35,096 nt of DNA from Kofleriaceae bacterium (lineage in GTDB: Bacteria; Myxococcota_A; Polyangia; Haliangiales; Haliangiaceae). The position numbers were made by a program, and so were the translations under genes. Below the pieces are notes generated by a model. The model ran no database searches. It had not been told where the DNA came from and saw only the letters and a program-made list of their open reading frames with translations. Positions 29,252-35,096 of this stretch are shown piece after piece. Every line of letters starts with the position of its first letter. Positions within the stretch are counted from its first letter, which is position 1. The DNA lies in NCBI GenBank assembly GCA_965215005.1, contig CBDCCZ010000062.1, positions 1 to 35,096 on the forward strand, given 5' to 3'.

Positions 29252-29629
29252 ATGGACTTTCATCGTCTCGTCGAGCTCGCGGCGCAGATCATCGAAGCCG
29301 CCGGGGTCTTAACGATTCTCTTCGGAGTTGTCGTCGCGCTGGTGATCGCGCTGGTGCGCAGCGCCCGAGCTAGGCGCGGAGGCTCCAGCCTCTATCGTCA
29401 CTATCGTCAGACCCTTGGGCGAGCGATTCTCCTCGGGCTCGAGCTCCTCGTCGCCGCTGACATCATCCGTACCGTCAGCCAGATGCCCACGCTCACCGAT
29501 GCGCTCATCCTCGGGCTCATCGTGCTGATTCGGACCTTCCTCAGCTTTACTCTCGAGGTCGAGCTCGAGGGCCGCTGGCCGTGGCAACGTTCCGATCAAC
29601 GCACCGAAGCGCCGCCGCACGAGTCATGA
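29252..29629 (+). CDS. DUF1622 family membrane protein
   Basis: YRQTLGRAILLGLELLVAADIIRTV, LGLIVLIRTFLSFTLEVELEGRWPWQ. Confidence 0.9.
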   Translation: MDFHRLVELAAQIIEAAGVLTILFGVVVALVIALVRSARARRGGSSLYRHYRQTLGRAILLGLELLVAADIIRTVSQMPTLTDALILGLIVLIRTFLSFTLEVELEGRWPWQRSDQRTEAPPHES

Positions 29630-29800
29630 CCGATGCTGAGGGCGAGGCGCCGCTCAGCCGTCACGCCAGCCCACGCATGCGTCTCGCACCAGGCGTTGCG
29701 TTCATTCTACTGACTAACACTCGCCAGAAGCCGCTGCGAATAGCCTTGAACGGCTGAAGGGGGGCGTCTATCGTGCCGCGCGGCTACCGCCGATAGACTC

Positions 29801-31387
29801 ATGCCCAAGCTACCGCGCTTCCTGTTTCTGGCCGCGGCACTCGCCGTTGCCGTCGTGCCTTCCGCAGCTATGGCTGCCGACGCCGCAACCCCCGTTGCGC
29901 TACCGCGGTGGCTCACGGAGCTGGTCCCGATTGCGCTCCTGTTGCTGGTCATTGGCGTCGTGGTGGCTCGCCTGCCAACCATCGACGTTGGTCACTCGCC
30001 TGCGTTCCGGCGCCGCCGCGTGATGAACTGGCTGCCGCTCGGTCTCACGTACGCGTTCCTCTATATGGGGCGCTACAACCTCACCGCGTACAAAGACGTT
30101 AGCGGCCTCACCGGCGAGCAATTCGGCACCGTGTTCGCCGCTGGCACCTTCGTTTACGGCCTGTCCTTCGTGATCAACGGCCCACTTACCGATCGCTGGG
30201 GCGGGCGCGTCACGATCCTCATCGCCGCTCTAGGCTCGGCAGCGATGAACCTGGCGCTGGGCGCGCTAGTGCTCATCGGTGCCGGAGAGCATCAAACGGT
30301 CTACTTTGCGCTCATCTACGGCGCGAACATGTATTTTCAGAGCTTCGGCGCGGTGGCGATCGTCAAGGTGAACTCGTCGTGGTTCCACGTCCGCGAGCGC
30401 GGCGTGTTCGGTGGCATCTTCGGCATCCTTATCTCGCTGGGGGTGTACTTCGCCTTCGACTGGGGGTACCGCATCGCCAATATTCCCAGCGCTACTGTGG
30501 GTGAGATGGTGCGTCAGTTCGTCGTTCATCCGCCAGGCGGCGTGCTCGAGCTCTACCCCTTGCAGTGGGTGTTCTGGGTCCCCGCGGTGCTGCTCATCGG
30601 TTTCGCCGTTCTCGACTATTTCCTGGTGTTCGACCAGCCAAGCGACGCTGGCTTCGTTGATTTCGACACCGCCGACGCCTCGTCGGGTGACGACGGGCCG
30701 CGGCTGCCCGCGTGGACCATCATGCGACGCATGATGACGAGCCCGGTGATCGTCACCATCGCGCTGGTCGAGTTCTGCAGCGGGTTTCTGCGCAACGCCA
30801 TCATGCATTGGTATCGCGACTTCGCGAAGGGCATGTCGGCAGCGGGCATGGGCAATCTCGTCGACGGCTTCGTCTTCGAGAACTGGGGCATGCTGCTGTG
30901 CATCGCCGGCATCTGTGGTGGCATGTTCGCGGGGCTGATCTCGGATCGCGTGTTCGGTTCCCGCCGTGGCCCCGTCGCGGGCGTGCTCTATGCCCTCATG
31001 ATCGGCGGCGCGCTGATGCTCATTCCCGCGATGGACGCGCCGTTCAGCGTCGGTTGGATCGTCATCTTCATGACCATGTCGATCATCGGCGTTCACGGCA
31101 TGCTTTCCGGCACGGCCAGCCAAGACTTTGGTGGCAAGAAGAACGCCGGCGTGGCCGTGGGCATCATCGACGGCTTCGTCTACCTCGGAACTGGCTTGCA
31201 CGCGATCCTCCTTGGCCAGCTGCTGCCGGCCAAGGGCACGCCCGAAGCGGCAGATCCGGCGAGCTGGAGCATCTGGCCGCTCGCGATGCTGCCGTTTGCG
31301 GTCGCTGGTTTCGTGCTCGCGCTGCGGGTCTGGAACGCCCGCCCGCAACCGCTCCGGCACAGCCAAGCAGCGAAACGCGCGCCATAG
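29801..31387 (+). CDS. MFS transporter, GlpT/UhpT (organophosphate:Pi antiporter)-like
   Basis: YAFLYMGRYNL, NGPLTDRWGGR, WFHVRERG, GLISDRVFGSRRGP, AGVAVGIIDGFVYLG. Many TM segments. Confidence 0.88.
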   Translation: MPKLPRFLFLAAALAVAVVPSAAMAADAATPVALPRWLTELVPIALLLLVIGVVVARLPTIDVGHSPAFRRRRVMNWLPLGLTYAFLYMGRYNLTAYKDVSGLTGEQFGTVFAAGTFVYGLSFVINGPLTDRWGGRVTILIAALGSAAMNLALGALVLIGAGEHQTVYFALIYGANMYFQSFGAVAIVKVNSSWFHVRERGVFGGIFGILISLGVYFAFDWGYRIANIPSATVGEMVRQFVVHPPGGVLELYPLQWVFWVPAVLLIGFAVLDYFLVFDQPSDAGFVDFDTADASSGDDGPRLPAWTIMRRMMTSPVIVTIALVEFCSGFLRNAIMHWYRDFAKGMSAAGMGNLVDGFVFENWGMLLCIAGICGGMFAGLISDRVFGSRRGPVAGVLYALMIGGALMLIPAMDAPFSVGWIVIFMTMSIIGVHGMLSGTASQDFGGKKNAGVAVGIIDGFVYLGTGLHAILLGQLLPAKGTPEAADPASWSIWPLAMLPFAVAGFVLALRVWNARPQPLRHSQAAKRAP

Positions 31388-31453
31388 CGCCGCCGCATCA
31401 GCGGCTGCCTCTGGCTCTTGCCGTGCGAGCCGGCGTCGTGAAAGGCTCGGCCG

Positions 31454-31981
31454 ATGAACGCACGTGCCGTCACCGCCCGTCTCCTGCCCTCGATCGAAAG
31501 CGTCGGCAACCCGATTCGCGATTTGTGGGATCGGATGAGCCGGCTGCCCGGCGGGACGCGATTATTCAGCGCGTTGGTCGGTCAAATGGCGCCCTACACC
31601 GGCTCCATCAATGCTCGCGTGATAGAGCTACGTCGCGGGTTCGCCAAGGTCGAGCTCCGCGATCGCCGCGCTGTTCGCAATCATCTGCGCAGCGTGCACG
31701 CGATCGCGCTGTGCAACCTCGCTGAGCTCACTGGCAACGTCGCGCTTGCCTACTCCCTGCCCGATGACGCGCGCTTCATCGTTGCCGGTCTCGAGATCGA
31801 CTATCTCAAGAAGGCCCGCGGCACCATCACCGGCATCTGCGAATGTCAGGTCCCACTCAGCAACGTCCGTAAGGAGTATCGCGTCGCGGTATCGATGCAG
31901 AACGCGGCCGGTGACGAAGTCGCACGAGCCACCCTGCGTAGCCTCGTGGGTCCCAAACACGTAACCCCGGAGACCGCGTGA
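31454..31981 (+). CDS. Hotdog-fold thioesterase-like protein (PaaI/DUF4442-like)
   Basis: [35 protein letters not shown]. Confidence 0.85.
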   Translation: MNARAVTARLLPSIESVGNPIRDLWDRMSRLPGGTRLFSALVGQMAPYTGSINARVIELRRGFAKVELRDRRAVRNHLRSVHAIALCNLAELTGNVALAYSLPDDARFIVAGLEIDYLKKARGTITGICECQVPLSNVRKEYRVAVSMQNAAGDEVARATLRSLVGPKHVTPETA

Positions 31982-33087
31982 GCCGCATCGATATTCCGCA
32001 GCGGGTGCTTCTCGGTCCAGGGCCAAGCGAGGTGCCGTGGCGCGTCCTGCAGGCGCTCGCCAAACCGACGATTGGTCACCTCGATCCGGTGTTCCTAACG
32101 CTCATGGATCAAGTGCGAGCTCGCCTGCGGCAGCTGTTCCGCACCGACAACGAGCTCACCCTGCCGATGAGCGGAACCGGCTCGGCGGGGATGGAGACAG
32201 TCCTCGTCAACCTCATCGAACCAGGCGATACCGTCTTGATCGCGGTAAACGGGGTGTTTGGCGGCCGCATGACCGAGGTGGCTCGACGCGCCGGAGCCGA
32301 GGTCATCGTCCTCGAGCGCCCGTGGGGGCACGTATTCGAGCAGGAGGCCTTGATCGCAGCGCTCGCTGAGCATCGGCCGGCGCTCGTCGCGCTAGTGCAC
32401 GCTGAAACCTCTACAGGAGCCTGCCAACCTCTAGAGGGGCTCGCGGGGGCCGTACGCGAGCACGATGCTCTGTTAGTTGTCGACTGCGTCACCAGCCTCG
32501 GCGGGATGCCGGTGGAGGTCGACGCGTGGGGCATCGACGCAGCCTACAGCGGCACGCAGAAATGCCTATCGTGCCCGCCTGGTCTTGCTCCAATTACGCT
32601 ATCGCCGCGGGCCGTGGCCAAGCTCGAAGCGCGTACCACACCCGTTCAGAGCTGGTACCTGGACTTGAGCTTGGTCGCGAGCTACTGGGGCCATGACCGC
32701 ACCTACCATCACACCGCGCCGATCAACATGATCTACGGGCTCCACGAAGCGTTAGAGCTGGTCTTCGAAGAGTCGCTCGAGCATCGCTTCGCGCGGCACC
32801 AGCAGCTTCACGAGCTGCTCCGAGATGGATTGGCCGAGCTTGAGATCGACTTCATTTGCAAGCAAGGCGAGCGTCTGCCGATGCTGAACGCGGTCTACGT
32901 TCCCTCGCATGTCGAGGACGTAGCCGTTCGCCGTCGGTTGCTCGACGATTATGGAATTGAGATTGGCGGGGGACTTGGCGAGTACCGCGGTCGCGCGTGG
33001 CGCATCGGGCTCATGGGAGCCTCTGCGAGCCGACGTAACGTCCGGCTGCTGCTGGCTGCGTTTCGCGAGATCTTACTGCGGAACTAA
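31978..33087 (+). CDS. Class V aminotransferase (alanine-glyoxylate/serine-pyruvate type)
   Basis: [46 protein letters not shown] (PLP Lys), YHHTAP, WRIGLMG. GTGA overlap with the upstream gene. Confidence 0.93.
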   Translation: MSRIDIPQRVLLGPGPSEVPWRVLQALAKPTIGHLDPVFLTLMDQVRARLRQLFRTDNELTLPMSGTGSAGMETVLVNLIEPGDTVLIAVNGVFGGRMTEVARRAGAEVIVLERPWGHVFEQEALIAALAEHRPALVALVHAETSTGACQPLEGLAGAVREHDALLVVDCVTSLGGMPVEVDAWGIDAAYSGTQKCLSCPPGLAPITLSPRAVAKLEARTTPVQSWYLDLSLVASYWGHDRTYHHTAPINMIYGLHEALELVFEESLEHRFARHQQLHELLRDGLAELEIDFICKQGERLPMLNAVYVPSHVEDVAVRRRLLDDYGIEIGGGLGEYRGRAWRIGLMGASASRRNVRLLLAAFREILLRN

Positions 33088-33116
33088 GTGGAGAGCAGGC
33101 ATGGCGCCGCTCCATG

Positions 33117-33158
33117 CAACAAACGCCACCGTCTTCATCAACGTGTGAGACGGTGGCG
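33117..33158 (-). terminator. Hairpin between convergent genes; likely terminator (possibly bidirectional)
   Basis: Perfect 11-bp stem cgccaccgtct (33124-33134) / agacggtggcg (33148-33158), followed on the minus strand by TTTGTTG. Confidence 0.65.
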
Positions 33159-33184
33159 CCTTGCCGCGCGCGTCATCGCTCGAA

Positions 33185-33340
33185 TCAAGTCCTACGGATG
33201 ACGAACGAAGCGATCGCCAACACGAGGGCGACAACGAAGACGATCTTTGCGATGCCAGCGGCGCTGGCAGCGATGCCACCAAATCCAAAGACCGCGGCAA
33301 TGAGAGCAACGATGAGAAAAATGAGTGCCCAGTGAAACAT
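33185..33340 (-). CDS. DUF1328 / UPF0391 (YtjA-like) small membrane protein, 51 aa
   Basis: [35 protein letters not shown]. Strong SD AAGGAG. It is the C-terminal part of the 183-aa ORF in the track. Confidence 0.93.
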   Translation of the reverse strand: MFHWALIFLIVALIAAVFGFGGIAASAAGIAKIVFVVALVLAIASFVIRRT

Positions 33341-33395
33341 GATGTCTCCTTTTCTGCCCACGACAGCGGGGCAGGACCTTTCGAGACGGTGGTTC

Positions 33396-33411
33396 TGCAA
33401 CCACTGGACCA
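33396..33411 (-). promoter_or_regulatory. Sigma54-like -24/-12 motif
   Basis: Minus strand TGGTCCAGTGGTTGCA, 55 nt before the DUF1328 ATG. 13/16 identical to the motif before the BON gene. Confidence 0.6.
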
Positions 33412-33593
33412 CCCACCAGAAGATGCGATCGCGCTGAGTTGCGAGATTTCCCGCCGTGGCGGTTTGCCTCGCGTGGCTGAATGCACCTGCGCGCCTCTCC
33501 CTGCGAACCCGTCCGAGCCACCTCTGCGTGCCGCAGCCGTAACGCCGGAGCCCATTCCTGCTTGATGCGGTGCGACAGGCCCTCAAACATCCC

Positions 33594-33757
33594 TTAGGAG
33601 GCGCGCAGGAATAAATGGTCAGAAGATCGGCGTCTGTGCGCCGGGCTGGCAAGGCGCTCTGAGGGAGTTGGGTCATCCCCAACGACCGAAGAGCAACGCC
33701 GGCAGCACGGATGCACAGTCGCCTAGAACGGACCATTTATTTCGGAGCGCCGACTTA
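33594..33757. mobile_element. MITE-like 158-bp palindromic element (33597-33754) flanked by TTA; alternatively a structured ncRNA
   Basis: 24-bp terminal inverted repeats (19/24, with a perfect 11-bp AATAAATGGTC/GACCATTTATT core), TTA on both flanks, and a self-complementary interior. No transposase. Confidence 0.5.
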
Positions 33758-33769
33758 GGGCGGCTCCCG

Positions 33770-33785
33770 TGGCATGAGCCTCGCA
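33770..33785 (+). promoter_or_regulatory. Sigma54-like -24/-12 motif
   Basis: TGGCATGAGCCTCGCA, 12 nt before ATG 33798. TCGC replaces TTGC. Confidence 0.4.
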
Positions 33786-33797
33786 CGAGGCGTCGCG

Positions 33798-35096
33798 ATG
33801 GCATCTGGAGCCGCAGACGAAGGAGGCCGCTGGCAGCGCGCGCGCATGCCGAGCGCATCGAGCGTGCGAGGCATTGCGGTCGTCGCCCTCGCCGCGGCCA
33901 TTCTCTTCGCCGCGCGCGACATCCTCATTCCGTTCGCACTGGCAATCTTGCTAGCGTTCGTGCTTGCGCCCTTCGTGCGCCGCCTCCACCGCGTCGGCCT
34001 GCCGCGAACCGCGGCGGTGTTGCTCGTCGTGTCCATGCTCGCGACCGCGCTCGGCGCCACTGCATACTTCTTCGTCAGCGAGCTATCGACGCTGATGGCC
34101 GACCTGCCCAAGCACCGGCGCACCATCGCCGAGAAACTCGATTTGATACGGGGTCCCGACGGCGCCATCCAGTCGGTGAGCTCGCTCATCGAAGGAGCGC
34201 AGCGCACGATCAGCACCCCCGAAGTGGAAGCACGACCGGTGCAGGTAGAGATCGTCGAGCCCATCGGAGATCGACTCGCATTCGTACAAGAGGTGCTCGG
34301 GCCGATTCTCACGCCGATCGGCACTGCGGCGCTGGTGTTCATCTTCGTCGTGTTCATTCTGCTGCAGTGGAACGACCTGCGCGACCGGCTGTTGCGGCTG
34401 TCGGGCCGGGCGCACCTGCAGATGACCACCGAGGCGCTCACCGACGCATCCTCGCGCGTGAGCCATTACCTGCTCATGCACCTGGTCATCAATACCAGCG
34501 TGGCCGTCACCGTCGGCATTGGCTTATGGATCATCGGTGTTCCAAGCCCACTGCTCTGGGCAGTGTTTTCGCTGCTGCTCCGCTTCATCCCGTACATCGG
34601 GCCGTGGGTAGCGGCGCTGTTGCCGATCACCGTGTCGTTTGCAACGTCGGCTGGTTGGGAACAAACGCTAGCAACGGTGGGTCTCTACGTGGTCGTCGAG
34701 ACCATCGCCAACAACGTGCTCGAGCCGTGGCTCTACGGCACGCGAACGGGCTTATCGCCGATCGGAATCTTGATCTCGGCGATGTTCTGGGCCTGGCTTT
34801 GGGGCGGCGTAGGCTTACTCCTAGCCACGCCGCTCACGGTCTGTCTGGTGGTTGCAGGACGCTATGTCCCGCAGCTCGAATTTCTCAACGTGCTGCTCGG
34901 CGATGATGAGGTGCTGCCGGTAGAGGTGCGGGTGTATCAGCGCCTGCTCGCCGGTGAGCTCGAAGATGCAGCGGCGTTGGTAGAGCTAGCGGCCCTCGAG
35001 CATCCTCTGGAAGAGATCTTCGACGACATCTTAGTGCCGGTAGTCCGCCTAGCGCGGCAGGATCAGCAGCGCGACGCGTTGCGCGAAGAGCTCGCG
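33798..35096 (+). CDS. AI-2E family transporter with C-terminal extension; 3'-truncated
   Basis: Read by hand because it is absent from the ORF track (no stop in the window): ILIPFALAILLAFVLAP, DLRDRLLRL, LLRFIPYIGP, NNVLEPWLYG..TGLSP, FWAWLWG.VGLLLATPLTVCLVV. Alternative start ATG 33774. Confidence 0.92.
   Translation, partial: MASGAADEGGRWQRARMPSASSVRGIAVVALAAAILFAARDILIPFALAILLAFVLAPFVRRLHRVGLPRTAAVLLVVSMLATALGATAYFFVSELSTLMADLPKHRRTIAEKLDLIRGPDGAIQSVSSLIEGAQRTISTPEVEARPVQVEIVEPIGDRLAFVQEVLGPILTPIGTAALVFIFVVFILLQWNDLRDRLLRLSGRAHLQMTTEALTDASSRVSHYLLMHLVINTSVAVTVGIGLWIIGVPSPLLWAVFSLLLRFIPYIGPWVAALLPITVSFATSAGWEQTLATVGLYVVVETIANNVLEPWLYGTRTGLSPIGILISAMFWAWLWGGVGLLLATPLTVCLVVAGRYVPQLEFLNVLLGDDEVLPVEVRVYQRLLAGELEDAAALVELAALEHPLEEIFDDILVPVVRLARQDQQRDALREELA

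Noticed and set aside
30266..31725. 366-aa minus and 337-aa plus alternative-frame ORFs
   Set aside because: They overlap the MFS gene, and their His/Arg-rich translations are typical of off-frame high-GC DNA.
33668..34906. 412-aa plus-strand ORF in the track
   Set aside because: Off-frame Arg-rich reading. The real gene is the AI-2E transporter in another frame, which runs off the window.

Overview
This is a GC-rich (roughly two-thirds G+C by eye), gene-dense bacterial chromosomal segment with about 33 CDS, truncated at both ends. The mix of Pro/Cys-rich lipoproteins, a C-type lectin, a RoxA/MauG-like di-heme protein, stand-alone ferritin-like proteins and many sigma54-type motifs suggests Myxococcota (inference). 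Housekeeping and metabolic genes include an ArsS-like radical SAM, apaH, an ABC-F ATPase, tdh-kbl, a SMUG1-type UDG, orn, aat, an OYE, an MFS transporter and a class V aminotransferase. They are interleaved with stress-type genes (ferritin-like pair, BON, DUF1622, DUF1328, AI-2E, SDR, PP2C). No rRNA, tRNA, CRISPR array or transposase was seen. Signals not explained by the gene list: (1) a ~170-nt imperfect palindrome at 33591-33760 with 24-bp terminal inverted repeats and TTA flanks (MITE-like or structured RNA); (2) two promoter classes, TANNNT 6-8 nt before the start codon (leaderless-like) and GG-N10-GC sigma54-like motifs before accessory genes; (3) a translationally coupled Tat-like NPPPP/Cys lipoprotein plus ferritin-like diiron protein; (4) a repeated TGTATCACG operator-like motif at an RHH-like gene coupled to an ABC1/UbiB kinase. 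All calls come from reading motifs by eye; no database searches were run.
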